DNA of 59,266 nt, filler included. It is 6 parts of 6 records of this genome, joined end to end, with 100 filler letters (N's around TTAATTAATTAA, not from the genome) between each part and the next. Parts side by side here need not be neighbours in the genome. Positions count along the whole stretch, not along the records: positions 37,867 to 48,301 come from SRR22947727_2071; positions 48,402 to 59,266 come from SRR22947727_2076; 4 more parts are not named here. The stretch is one strand, 5' to 3'. The translations under genes and the position numbers were made by a program. The stretch's first letter is position 1. Each line of letters starts with the position of its first letter. This document shows positions 41,858 through 51,779 of this stretch, piece by piece. The notes beneath the pieces are model-generated. The model did no database searches, was not told the origin of the DNA, and worked only from the letters and a program-made list of their open reading frames with translations.

Positions 41858-43598
41858 CCGTTTGGTCAGTTGCCGGTGGCGTTGCGCCAGGCTCAGTGCC
41901 TGTAGCAGATTCTGGGCTTGTGCCTTCACCGCCGTCTATTGGAGCTTCTCCTCCAGCAACAGTGTCTTCCATGTCACCCATGTCTGCATCTATACCTGCT
42001 CCACTTATGCCAGCGCCTCTCATTTCGCCTGCTGCATCTGTGGGTGGCGGAGTAAGATTTTCATCATTTTCTTCTCGCCATAATCTTTCATTTTGTGCTA
42101 TTTCTTCTTCACTTAAACCAAGATAGCGCATCATTGCAAATCTATTTGAAATATACGGCACTTGGCTCATTTGTGTATAAGTTGGAACTCTAGCATTATC
42201 CATTTCAGCTTGTCTGTAACTTGCAAAGTTTTGTGGTGGTTCCATTTTTAGATCAAACATAGCAGTGTCTATGTTTACACCTTTTTCCAGCAAATAGCGT
42301 TTGAATTCTTGATTAAATTCTTCAACTACTAAATTTTGCAAACGTTCACAATATGTATTAAATCTTAATTCTTGAATATATGCTGTACCAACTCGTCCGT
42401 CGTTGTACTGACTTGCACTATCGTCTGCACCAGTAGGAAGATAGGATGAAGGGATACGGAGACCGCGCACTAGTTTGTTAGTAAAATAACGTAAGTCGTC
42501 AATTTCACCTAAGTTAGTACCGCCTGGTAGTGTTTCAACTTTTGATCCTCTCCCTTCAGCAGTTTGTGGGAAGAAGTAGTCTTCGTTGATGCTCAACGGA
42601 TTGTAGGAACTGTCTATGACGTTCGTGCCACCTCCTGTCGAACTCGGTATGCGTCTCTGATGTATCTCAGTTTTTACCCTTTCGACAAACTGCATTGCCA
42701 AGTGACTTGGCATATTACCAACGTCTACATAAAACACTCTACGTTCAGGTGCTCTTTGTACACGATAGATAATAATTGCATCTTCAAGCAATTCTTTTTG
42801 CTTGTAGACTTTGAATATAGTTTCTAATAATGAATTACCAAATGGATAGTTTGTATCTAAGCCTTCTGATAGACTTAAATGTACAACGTGTTCTGCATCG
42901 ACTGCTATTTCACGATCTTCTGTCATGAATCTGCCACCGCCCATTGATTGTTGCGGTTTTCCGACCATTCCTCGAACACCACCTGTTAAATATCCGCTGC
43001 CACCGCCGGTGACATTTCCGTTTGTTTCGAAAGGTGTTGTTGCTACTAGTTCTCCAAAGTTTAAATTGAAGTTTCTAACAACATATTGTTCTGGTCGTTT
43101 GCCTTCGCTTTCGTTGACAATAATTTTTGTTACATTTGCAGGATCTACATGATACCATTTTTTAGTTTCAGGATCTCTTATAAAAAACGCATCGCCGTAC
43201 TTAAACGTATTTCGCAAAGTGCGGAACATACGTGTTTCAAATCTTTGCAACTTGCACCACTGTTGTAAGTATTGCTGTAATATTGTTGCTTCTGAATTTG
43301 TTGCTTTTTGCTTGAAGTTAATTTGAAATGGTGTTTTATTTTGTTTGTTTTGTTGAGTACAAAATTCTGCTAAAATATCTAGTGCTGCATTTACTTCAGA
43401 ATCTAAATCCATTGTGTTATAATGACCGTATCTTTCAACACGATTTGGACTTCCAACGTATACATCTGGTAAGTACGAACTATAGTTCGCTTTTGCAGGA
43501 CCTACTCCATTGCCGCCATTTTTGCTTCCAAGAGGTCCATAATTTCCGCTCGGGTTATTTGACGTAGGTATCGGTTCAAAATATTTTTTCCAACTCAT
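41853..43598 (-). CDS. Portal vertex protein (T4 gp20-like)
   Basis: LLEDAIIIYRVQRAPERRVFYVDVGNMP, EDYFFP, GRGSKVETLPGG, LRIPSSYL. Confidence 0.94.
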   Translation of the reverse strand: MSWKKYFEPIPTSNNPSGNYGPLGSKNGGNGVGPAKANYSSYLPDVYVGSPNRVERYGHYNTMDLDSEVNAALDILAEFCTQQNKQNKTPFQINFKQKATNSEATILQQYLQQWCKLQRFETRMFRTLRNTFKYGDAFFIRDPETKKWYHVDPANVTKIIVNESEGKRPEQYVVRNFNLNFGELVATTPFETNGNVTGGGSGYLTGGVRGMVGKPQQSMGGGRFMTEDREIAVDAEHVVHLSLSEGLDTNYPFGNSLLETIFKVYKQKELLEDAIIIYRVQRAPERRVFYVDVGNMPSHLAMQFVERVKTEIHQRRIPSSTGGGTNVIDSSYNPLSINEDYFFPQTAEGRGSKVETLPGGTNLGEIDDLRYFTNKLVRGLRIPSSYLPTGADDSASQYNDGRVGTAYIQELRFNTYCERLQNLVVEEFNQEFKRYLLEKGVNIDTAMFDLKMEPPQNFASYRQAEMDNARVPTYTQMSQVPYISNRFAMMRYLGLSEEEIAQNERLWREENDENLTPPPTDAAGEMRGAGISGAGIDADMGDMEDTVAGGEAPIDGGEGTSPESATGTEPGATPPATDQTV

Positions 43599-43608
43599 TT
43601 TTTATTCT

Positions 43609-46600
43609 CTATCCAAAAAGGTTATCGCTGTTCTTTTTAGTAACTTCAACAGTTTTCTTTGTATTGTTTGCAATCTGCACATTTGCTGCCAACATAGCCT
43701 GCATAGTTGTATTTAACTGATCTAGCTTATCTGCACCACCAGTGCCGGCTCCTTGAGCCGCTCCAATAGCATCTTGTACAGCAGTTTGGGCTTCGCCATT
43801 TGTTTCACCGTTTGCACCCATTGTTTCATTTAGTTTTTCTAAACTTGCAATTAAATCATTTAACGCTTTATTATAGTTGATTATTCCGTCTGTGTCAAGT
43901 CCTTCGGTAAACAATTTAAGATTTTCGCTAGATACTTGTCCAAAACTATTAAAAGTATTACCTAGTCCATTCATTATTGCGGCATTTTCACGAATTTTGT
44001 CTAAATCAAAGTCCATGTTTTCAAATGATTCTATGTCAGTTACTAACTTAGGAATGTTACCAAAGTCTAGTTTTGCTACTTCTACGCCGCTGAGTCCTGA
44101 CATTGCTTCGCCAAATAATTTTAATGCTTCTGCATTTATTTTTATTTGCTCGACGTTCTCAATTTTAGTTTTGCCAAATTCATTTAAGTCTGACAATACT
44201 GTCATTCCACCTTCTTCGCCATTAAAGAATGCACTAACGCCACCTAACAATCCGCCGCTTGAATCTCTATCTACATTTGCCGGGGCTGCTGCCATTGCTT
44301 CGCCGAATAATTTTAATGCTTCTGCGTTTGCTATTACATTTTCTATATTAGCAACTTTTACTGCTCCAAACTCTGCTACATCTTTTAAAACAGATATGCC
44401 GCCTTCTTCGCCATTAAAGAATGCACCAATGCCTCCTAACAGTCCGCCAACTTTTTCTCTTTCTACTGCGGGGACGCTTGTCATTGCTTCGCCAAATGCT
44501 TTTACAGCTTCGGAGTTTTTCTTAATTGTTTCTTGATTAAATTCTACTGCGCCAAATAATAATATTTCGTTAATTGGCAATTTTGTTTTAGAGCCAAAGA
44601 AGCTTGCTACGCCGCCTAAAAGCCCGCCTACTGCTTGTTGTGTTACTCCGCCGCCAAATGCTGCCATTGCATCACCAAATGCTACTACAGCTTCTGAATT
44701 TCGTTTGATTGCTTCTGCTGGCAAAACATACGATCCAAATTTAGATATTTCATCGTACGGTATATCTGTGTCTGCTCCAAAGAACCCTGCAATACCGGAT
44801 ACTAATCCACCAATGCCGGTCATTGCTGCGCCGGCACCTTGCTTAGCCATTGCATCACTAAATGCTACTAGTGCTTGAGCGTTTCTTTCAACTGCTGCGC
44901 CGTCAATGTTAGCTTCACTAAATTTCTTTAGTTTTGTAAGAGGATCGTCTCCTCCAAACAGTCCAGTAATGCCTTCAGCAATTCCGCCAACTAAATTTCC
45001 TAATCCGGATACTGCTGATCCTGCTCCGAACGCTGCCAAACCTAATCCGATAGCTCCCATTCCTTTACCAGTATCTATAAGAGCTCTACCGTCTAACTCT
45101 TCAAAAGATTTCATTCCTTCGGCTAATGTAGGTAACGCTTTACCTACAAGGAACGTAGCGCCGGCAATACCTGCGCCTATAGCAGCAATAGCAGTACCAA
45201 ACACTACAGCACCAATAGCAACTGCTGGATTAGCAAAGGCTGCTATGCCTGATGCTAGTCCTTTCATACCTGCTCCGGCACCTTTACCTATAGCAGAACC
45301 TGCTCCGCCTGCGGCTTTTCCAGCGCCGCCCATCATGCCGCCAACGCCTTTGGCTGCTTTCATTGCAAGAAATGCTGCTGCTACTGCTCCTAACACTTTA
45401 GGATTAGTAAGCATACTGACAAATGCATTGCCCATCATACCGCCAAGTGCTCCAAATGCATCGCCAATATATTTCTTTAAAGTAGCGCCTAAGCCGAACT
45501 CTTTAATGTCTTCTATAAATCCTTTTATACCTTGGGCAACATTGTCAACTGCTTCTTTCATAGAATTTAAGCCGTCGTCACTAGTAAAGTAATCTATTAC
45601 TCCTGCAAATGCTTTTTCAATTTCTTGAAATACGCCGCTTTGTATTAATGCGCCAAATATTATGTTTCTTGCTTCAGTAATTCTTCTTTCAAAGTCAAGC
45701 AATCCTTTGTTACCAGCATTCATTTGTTTTTGTTGATCTGATAACGCTTCAGCTGAATTTAATCCAGCTTTACTCATACCCATTAATGCAAGATCTGCAT
45801 CAAACGCAGTGTTTCCTAATGCTTGTGTTAATCCGATAGTTTTACGTTGCTCTTCGCTCATGCCTTCTAGGCCTTGTGCGGTTTTGCGTACTTCGGCCAT
45901 GTATTCTTCTTGTGTTACACTTCCGTCTGCAAGGCCAGCAGCCATTGTGCCTAAGTTAGGATTAAGACGTACTAAACTTTTGCCAAAGTCTGATACTGGT
46001 ACTCCGCCGGTGGCAACCATGTTTTTAACAGCGTCGGCCATTTCAGGACTTGAGCTTTCGATAATACTTAATGTACTTGTAAGATTTTCTCTTATACCGG
46101 CATCCATAGTGCCCATCATTGCTTTAAGTCGCTTATCAAGTGTTGCTGTTTTTAATTCTTGAGCTATCTGTTCTCTTTGTTTGCCTGTAACTTTTGCAAG
46201 ATAATCTAATTGTTTTACATAGTTGCCAGTTCCGTTTGCAAGTTGCTGGTCGCTCATTTTCTGACTTCTACCTAGTTTTGTTTGTAATTCTAGATAATCT
46301 GCTGTGAATTGAGCAGTTTCTTCCATTTGCAAACCTAATGCACTAAACTGCGGTCCAAATTGTTTTTGTACAATGCCACTTACATTTTTAAATGTTCTAG
46401 CACCTTCAGCTGCTCCGCCTCCTAGTAATGCTAAACTTTCAGCATTTTGAGAAATTGTGTTTGCAAATGTTGACATACTAAGTCCGGCTTGTGTTGCAGC
46501 ATTTTTAGCATCAAATAAACTTGAGCCAAATGATACACCACTACTAGATAGTTGTCTAAAAGTATCAATCTGAGAATCGATAACTCCTACAAATAATTGA

Positions 46601-46998
46601 GCCGCACCGCCTAATACTCCGCCTATAACAGGTATTTCTTTCATTGCTCCTGTTACATGACTAGTAAAATCACTAAGTCGGTCACCGCCTATTAAAAATT
46701 CTTCTGCCAGACCAGTAAACATTTTAGATACTGTGCCAAACGCATTTTTCATTGTCTCAGCTGTTGTTTGCGATGCTTCGCCTAATTCTTCAACTTGTTC
46801 TTTGCTTATGTCAGCGTTGTCGCCTAACTGTTTAACTGCTTTAGAAGTTTCTTCAGAGGTAGAGGCAGATCCTGAACCACCTTGACCTTTGCCCATCTTT
46901 TCGACTGCTTTGAGCAAAAGTAATAATGTAGTTTCGGTCGCGGCATCATTAAGCTCAATGTCTTCGCCGCCCCATGTTCCTTTTACAGGTCCTGCCAT
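43609..46998 (-). CDS. Probable tail tape measure protein (1129 aa)
   Basis: Long A/G-rich helical protein with a central hydrophobic stretch and five ~60-aa repeats, next to a putative tail assembly chaperone. Confidence 0.72.
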   Translation of the reverse strand: MAGPVKGTWGGEDIELNDAATETTLLLLLKAVEKMGKGQGGSGSASTSEETSKAVKQLGDNADISKEQVEELGEASQTTAETMKNAFGTVSKMFTGLAEEFLIGGDRLSDFTSHVTGAMKEIPVIGGVLGGAAQLFVGVIDSQIDTFRQLSSSGVSFGSSLFDAKNAATQAGLSMSTFANTISQNAESLALLGGGAAEGARTFKNVSGIVQKQFGPQFSALGLQMEETAQFTADYLELQTKLGRSQKMSDQQLANGTGNYVKQLDYLAKVTGKQREQIAQELKTATLDKRLKAMMGTMDAGIRENLTSTLSIIESSSPEMADAVKNMVATGGVPVSDFGKSLVRLNPNLGTMAAGLADGSVTQEEYMAEVRKTAQGLEGMSEEQRKTIGLTQALGNTAFDADLALMGMSKAGLNSAEALSDQQKQMNAGNKGLLDFERRITEARNIIFGALIQSGVFQEIEKAFAGVIDYFTSDDGLNSMKEAVDNVAQGIKGFIEDIKEFGLGATLKKYIGDAFGALGGMMGNAFVSMLTNPKVLGAVAAAFLAMKAAKGVGGMMGGAGKAAGGAGSAIGKGAGAGMKGLASGIAAFANPAVAIGAVVFGTAIAAIGAGIAGATFLVGKALPTLAEGMKSFEELDGRALIDTGKGMGAIGLGLAAFGAGSAVSGLGNLVGGIAEGITGLFGGDDPLTKLKKFSEANIDGAAVERNAQALVAFSDAMAKQGAGAAMTGIGGLVSGIAGFFGADTDIPYDEISKFGSYVLPAEAIKRNSEAVVAFGDAMAAFGGGVTQQAVGGLLGGVASFFGSKTKLPINEILLFGAVEFNQETIKKNSEAVKAFGEAMTSVPAVEREKVGGLLGGIGAFFNGEEGGISVLKDVAEFGAVKVANIENVIANAEALKLFGEAMAAAPANVDRDSSGGLLGGVSAFFNGEEGGMTVLSDLNEFGKTKIENVEQIKINAEALKLFGEAMSGLSGVEVAKLDFGNIPKLVTDIESFENMDFDLDKIRENAAIMNGLGNTFNSFGQVSSENLKLFTEGLDTDGIINYNKALNDLIASLEKLNETMGANGETNGEAQTAVQDAIGAAQGAGTGGADKLDQLNTTMQAMLAANVQIANNTKKTVEVTKKNSDNLFG

Positions 46999-47024
46999 AT
47001 TTTTATTATCCTATAATATACGCA

Positions 47025-47064
47025 TATAAATACAAGAGATACATATGTGTATATTGTATTTATA
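47025..47064. promoter_or_regulatory. Pair of opposed T4-type late promoters (TATAAATA + at 47025-47032, - at 47057-47064) in a 40-bp imperfect palindrome
   Basis: TATAAATACAAGAGATACAT|ATGTGTATATTGTATTTATA, 17 of 20 positions symmetric. Confidence 0.82.
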
Positions 47065-47075
47065 CGGAGAACGAT

Positions 47076-47939
47076 ATGGCAGAAATTACTTCACAGGGAT
47101 CTAACCCTTTACAGAAATATTTTAGACAACCTAAGTTGTACTTAACTTTACCTAGTAACGGAAAGTATTACCCACCAGGAGTATTAGAGCAATCAGAAAC
47201 AGGAGAATATGCTGTATTTTCTATGACTGCAAAAGATGAGCTGGCGTTTAAAACACCAGATGCACTTATTAACGGACAGTCTACCGTTGATGTAATAGAA
47301 AGTTGCATACCTAATATTAAAAATGCATGGCTAATGCCAAGTTTAGATTTAGACGCTGCGTTAATTGCGATTAGAATAGCAACTTACGGTGAAATGATGA
47401 ACGTTTCTACAACTATTCCAAATATTGATGAAGAACGTGAATTTCAAATGGATTTAAGACCGTTGTTAGAAAAGTTTAATACTATTCAGTTTGACGATGC
47501 TGTTTATATTGACGATCTTGTTATTACAATCAAACCTATGAACTACAAAGAGTTCACACAAAACGCATTAAAGACATTTGAAGAACAACGTGTGTTTGCT
47601 CTTGTAAATGACGACTCGTTTACTGAAGAAGAAAAAATTGAAAGATTTAATGTTAGTTTTAAAAAATTAACAGAATTAACTGTTGGAATGATTATTTCTA
47701 GCGTAGTATCAATCCAAGTCGGTGAAGAAACTGTTACAGATAAAAATCAAATAAAAGAATTTATTGAAAATGCTGATAAAAAGTTTTATAACATTATTAC
47801 CGATCACATTACTAGCCAAAAAGACAAATACACCTTAGAACCAATGAAAGTTATGTCTGACAAAGAAGACCAAGACAAAGGTGCGCCGGCAGAATTTGAA
47901 GTTCCAATTACATTTGACCAAGCAAATTTTTTCGGATAA
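47076..47939 (+). CDS. T4 gp26-like baseplate hub / tail assembly chaperone (287 aa)
   Basis: GGAG RBS before ATG 47076. NPLQKYFRQPK, LPSNGKYY, MTAKDE, DLDAALIAIRIATYGE, and terminal FDQANFFG. Confidence 0.8.
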   Translation: MAEITSQGSNPLQKYFRQPKLYLTLPSNGKYYPPGVLEQSETGEYAVFSMTAKDELAFKTPDALINGQSTVDVIESCIPNIKNAWLMPSLDLDAALIAIRIATYGEMMNVSTTIPNIDEEREFQMDLRPLLEKFNTIQFDDAVYIDDLVITIKPMNYKEFTQNALKTFEEQRVFALVNDDSFTEEEKIERFNVSFKKLTELTVGMIISSVVSIQVGEETVTDKNQIKEFIENADKKFYNIITDHITSQKDKYTLEPMKVMSDKEDQDKGAPAEFEVPITFDQANFFG

Positions 47940-47988
47940 GGATCTTAACCTGGCCTACTGACAAAATTTTAAACGAGGTTAAGGTCCT
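47924..47988 (+). promoter_or_regulatory. Candidate -1 programmed ribosomal frameshift signal (slippery heptamer plus 13-bp stem-loop)
   Basis: A_AAT_TTT (47924-47930) and T_TTT_TTC (47927-47933), both in the reading frame. Stem 47939-47951 pairs with 47976-47988. Confidence 0.78.
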
Positions 47989-48163
47989 AGAACGGCAACA
48001 AAAACAGTTTAAATTAGACCTAATGAGAATTTCTTGGTTTATGCGCGGAAGCGTTACGTTAGAAGATGTTTATTGCATGGGTCCAGATGACCGTGAAATT
48101 TGTTCTACTCTTATCCAAGACAATCTTGAAACAACTAAAAAATCAGGAATGCCTTTCTTTTAA
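47930..48163 (+). CDS. -1 frame extension (77 aa) of the gp26-like chaperone, GT/gp51-like
   Basis: FRIRILTWPTDKILNEVKVLERQQKQFKLDLMRISWFMRGSVTLEDVYCMGPDDREICSTLIQDNLETTKKSGMPFF*. The frame opens at 47918 and its stop overlaps the stop of the convergent gene. Confidence 0.72.
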   Translation, partial: FRIRILTWPTDKILNEVKVLERQQKQFKLDLMRISWFMRGSVTLEDVYCMGPDDREICSTLIQDNLETTKKSGMPFF

Positions 48164-48301
48164 GCAGTATTTTTAGTTAATTCTTTTTGCAATGCTGCTT
48201 TTATTTCGCTAGCCGCTTCAGGCGGTAACTTTTTAATTTCTGCTGCAAGTGTTTGAATATCAATATCAGTTCCTGCTTGTGGCTCTTGTGCTGCCGCAGT
48301 G
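48160..48301 (-). CDS. C-terminal fragment of a phage hypothetical protein
   Basis: TAAAQEPQAGTDIDIQTLAAEIKKLPPEAASEIKAALQKELTKNTA*. Confidence 0.6.
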
Positions 48302-48401
48302 NNNNNNNNNNNNNNNNNNNNNNNNNNNNNNNNNNNNNNNNNNNNTTAATTAATTAANNNNNNNNNNNNNNNNNNNNNNNNNNNNNNNNNNNNNNNNNNN
48401 N

Positions 48402-48448
<47 letters not shown>

Positions 48449-48514
48449 GTTTAAAACGGAAACGCATTTTAACTTTTATCTATCAAAGATAAAAGAGATA
48501 AGAAGACCTAATTT

Positions 48515-49186
48515 TTATTGATTTTTTTGAGATTGATAGAGACTGTAATAAACGTAAACCCAGGGAATAATTATTATGTATTCAAAAATACCCAAAATTA
48601 TTAACTGAACAATACTTTGATCTAACAAATAAGAAAAGATTGAGGATGGTACTGCGGTTATCAATATAAAAAGTAACGTTAAGCCAAATAATGTTCCGCC
48701 GTGCTCATCAGTCTTTTCCCAAGATAATTTTAAAGAGTCAATAACACCTTTTCCTTCAAGCATAATAAAAGACGGAAACAGAGCCAATCTCGCACCAATA
48801 TAGATTCCCGGCAAAATTAATAATAAAAGACCAAAAACTACAGCAATAATACTTAAAATATATGCACCAAATAGTGGAAAGAATTTTTGTATTCCGCCAA
48901 GTAAAGCACTCATCGGTTCTAATTCATAACTAGAACTTTTAGCATTAAAGGCTAAATAAAGACCGCCCAGAAAAGCAACGCTTAAAACTGTACCGACTGC
49001 ACTTAGAATTCCAACAAAAAATACATTATCTCCAAAAAAATCACCAATATCTTCAGGTGAAATATTTTCAAGAGGCATTAAAAGGTATGCAATTGAAATT
49101 TCAATAGCGCAAACAGGCGCAGCAAGAACAGCAAAATACTGCCAGTTATTAGAATAAAAACTCCATGCATTTTTAAATTGGTTCAT
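48515..49186 (-). CDS. Integral membrane protein (YciC/UPF0259-like)
   Basis: Multiple TM segments, GLLLLILPGIYIGARL and SLKLSW motifs. Confidence 0.7.
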   Translation of the reverse strand: MNQFKNAWSFYSNNWQYFAVLAAPVCAIEISIAYLLMPLENISPEDIGDFFGDNVFFVGILSAVGTVLSVAFLGGLYLAFNAKSSSYELEPMSALLGGIQKFFPLFGAYILSIIAVVFGLLLLILPGIYIGARLALFPSFIMLEGKGVIDSLKLSWEKTDEHGGTLFGLTLLFILITAVPSSIFSYLLDQSIVQLIILGIFEYIIIIPWVYVYYSLYQSQKNQ

Positions 49187-49214
49187 ATGCTCATTGTAAA
49201 GTATTATTAAGTTT

Positions 49215-51320
49215 ATGAATAATCAAATACTTGCATATGTGACGATAATTTTTTTACTAGCTAGTTGTTCTAATGAAGTGTCAGATTTCTCGTATCCTGA
49301 TTCAAAGAAAGTCGAATTTAGTGAAACAATTCATGGTTATGAGGTTAAAGACTCTTACAGATGGCTCGAAGATTTTACAAGTGAAGAATCTAAGGACTGG
49401 GTTAAGAGACAAAATCAATTTACTCAACAATTTATTGGCAAAGATAAATATAAAAAATCAATTAACAATCATCTCAGTAAAACTTGGGAAACTGAATCTT
49501 TAAGCATCCCATATAAAATTAAGGGGAAAACTTTTTACTATTTTAATGACGGTACCTGGCAACAAAGCAAGTTAATGGTAAAAGATTGTGAAGATTGTGA
49601 AGAACGCGTTCTCTTAGACCCTAATAAGTTTTCTAATGATGGAACTATATCACTTGGCGGCACAAGTGTTAGCAATGATGCATCATTGCTGGCTTATTCC
49701 ATTTCTGACGGGGGCTCTGATTGGAGAACTTGGAGGGTTCTAAATATTAATTCAGGTGAAATCCTTTCAGATAAAATTAATTGGGCAAAATTCTCAAATG
49801 CTTCATGGGAAAATGATAATTCTGGATTTTATTACCAAAAATATGAGGAACCCAAGGATGAGCTTTTAAGAGAGGTTAATACAGCACCAAAATTAATGTT
49901 TCATAAGTTAGGAACACCGCAGTCAGAAGACCAAATAATATATGAGAATCAAGATAAACCAAGGTGGGGTTGGGGAATTAATGTCTTAAAAGATACAGAG
50001 GTTAGATTCCTATCTATTTCTAATGGAACAGATGAAAGAAATAGACTATATGTTCAATTAAAAAGAGGTGAAGAATTTTTGCCGCTAGTAGATGAGCTCA
50101 TTGGAGCATATCAATATCTGGATCATAAAGATGATACCTATTGGTTTTATTCAACAGAAAATGCAAAAAATGGAAAAGTTGCTTCTCTGCAAATTAAAAA
50201 TGGTTCTTTTGTTTGGAATGACTTGGTTAAAGAAACTTCTAACTCAATAAGAAGTGTAAATTTAATTAATGGCTCCATTGCGATTACATACTTAATAGAT
50301 ACATTTTCAGAAGTTCATTTCTATTCATTGGATGGAACATTCTTGAAAACACTTGCCATGAAAGAAAAAGGAACTATCTCAGGTTTTGGCGGTGGCCTGG
50401 AAGATACTTCAACATATTTTTCTTATACCAATTTTACAACGCCAAAAAAGATATATGAACTAGATCTAGTTAGCATGTCTAAGAAAATATTTTGGGAAGA
50501 AACGCTAAAGGGTTTTAATGCAAATAATTACATTTCTGATTTTAGATTTTATGAATCTAAAGATGGCACCAAAATACCGATTCATATAAGTTATAAAAAA
50601 TCATTAACTATTAATGAAACTACTCCCGTTCTAATTTATGGGTATGGGGGTTTTAATATTTCAATTCTTCCTGGCTTTAGTAAAAGGTTCTTATCTTGGA
50701 TGAATGAAGGCGGCGTTGTTGCTGTTGCCAATCTAAGAGGCGGAGGAGAATATGGCGATATATGGCATGAAGATGGAATGCTTTTTAATAAACAAAATGT
50801 CTTTGATGATTTTGCATATGCTGCAAAATATCTCCATAAAAAACAAATTGGATCTCCAGAGTCAACAGCCATTCAGGGTGGATCAAACGGAGGGCTTTTA
50901 GTTGCAGCTACAATGCTACAAAACCCCTCTTTATTTAAGGTTGCTATCCCTCAGGTTGGTGTACTAGATATGCTTAGATTTCATAAATTTACTATTGGTT
51001 GGGCATGGGAAAGTGATTATGGATCGCCAGATAATAAAAAAGAATTTGAAAATCTCCTAAGTTATTCCCCTCTGCATAACATTAAAAAAGGTGAGTGCTA
51101 TCCAGCTACGTTAATAACAACTGCGGAAAGAGATGATAGGGTTGTGCCCTCTCACTCTTTTAAGTTTGCGGCCAAACTTCAAGAGTATCAAGGATGTAAG
51201 AAACCAATATTAATTAGAGTTGAGGATAGAGCGGGTCATGGAGCAGGCACACCAAAAAATAAGCAAATAAATCAAATAGCTGAAATATATGGGTATGCGT
51301 TTTCTGTAATTAATAATTAA
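49215..51320 (+). CDS. Prolyl oligopeptidase (S9A), lipoprotein
   Basis: Lipobox LASC, DSYRWLED, YGYGGF, NLRGGGEYG, GGSNGGLL, DDRVVP, AGHG. Confidence 0.95.
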   Translation: MNNQILAYVTIIFLLASCSNEVSDFSYPDSKKVEFSETIHGYEVKDSYRWLEDFTSEESKDWVKRQNQFTQQFIGKDKYKKSINNHLSKTWETESLSIPYKIKGKTFYYFNDGTWQQSKLMVKDCEDCEERVLLDPNKFSNDGTISLGGTSVSNDASLLAYSISDGGSDWRTWRVLNINSGEILSDKINWAKFSNASWENDNSGFYYQKYEEPKDELLREVNTAPKLMFHKLGTPQSEDQIIYENQDKPRWGWGINVLKDTEVRFLSISNGTDERNRLYVQLKRGEEFLPLVDELIGAYQYLDHKDDTYWFYSTENAKNGKVASLQIKNGSFVWNDLVKETSNSIRSVNLINGSIAITYLIDTFSEVHFYSLDGTFLKTLAMKEKGTISGFGGGLEDTSTYFSYTNFTTPKKIYELDLVSMSKKIFWEETLKGFNANNYISDFRFYESKDGTKIPIHISYKKSLTINETTPVLIYGYGGFNISILPGFSKRFLSWMNEGGVVAVANLRGGGEYGDIWHEDGMLFNKQNVFDDFAYAAKYLHKKQIGSPESTAIQGGSNGGLLVAATMLQNPSLFKVAIPQVGVLDMLRFHKFTIGWAWESDYGSPDNKKEFENLLSYSPLHNIKKGECYPATLITTAERDDRVVPSHSFKFAAKLQEYQGCKKPILIRVEDRAGHGAGTPKNKQINQIAEIYGYAFSVINN

Positions 51321-51779
51321 TTATTGGATATCTAATAATTCTATATCAAAGATTAGTATTGAATTTGGGGGAATGCCCGGCCTGCCCTCATCGCCATATG
51401 CCATACTTGGATCAATATATACACGCCACTTATCATTCTTTTTCATCAAAGAAATAACTTTTTGGCACCCTTCTATAAGTCCAGATAGTTGAACTGTTAA
51501 TGGCTCATTAGATTCTACAGAGCTCCAAAATACAGTTCCGTCTGTTAGTGTTCCATGAAAATGTGCGGTAATAGTATCTGATAGTTGAGGTGATTTAGAA
51601 TTATTATCTCCACTATTTAAAACGGCGTATTGAAGGCCTTTCTCAATAATATTGATACTCTCGTATCCTTGATTTTCAATAAAAAATTTTAAATTTGATA
51701 TCTGTTTTACATTTGGACTATCTTGAACACAGCCAACTAAGATAAATAGAATTGAAGCAGTAATTAACTTATTCATCAT
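51321..51779 (-). CDS. FKBP-type peptidyl-prolyl isomerase, lipoprotein
   Basis: Lipobox [40 protein letters not shown]. Confidence 0.92.
   Translation of the reverse strand: MMNKLITASILFILVGCVQDSPNVKQISNLKFFIENQGYESINIIEKGLQYAVLNSGDNNSKSPQLSDTITAHFHGTLTDGTVFWSSVESNEPLTVQLSGLIEGCQKVISLMKKNDKWRVYIDPSMAYGDEGRPGIPPNSILIFDIELLDIQ

Noticed and set aside
39906-46162. Plus-strand Ser/Pro-rich ORFs in the phage contig
   Set aside because: Antisense shadows of the acidic and Gly/Ala-rich structural genes.
46974-47075. 34-aa N-terminal extension of the chaperone ORF
   Set aside because: It overlaps the tape measure start and the promoter palindrome; the GGAG RBS supports ATG 47076.
37867-48301. Alternative genetic code in the phage
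   Set aside because: Genes are full length and tightly packed under the standard code.
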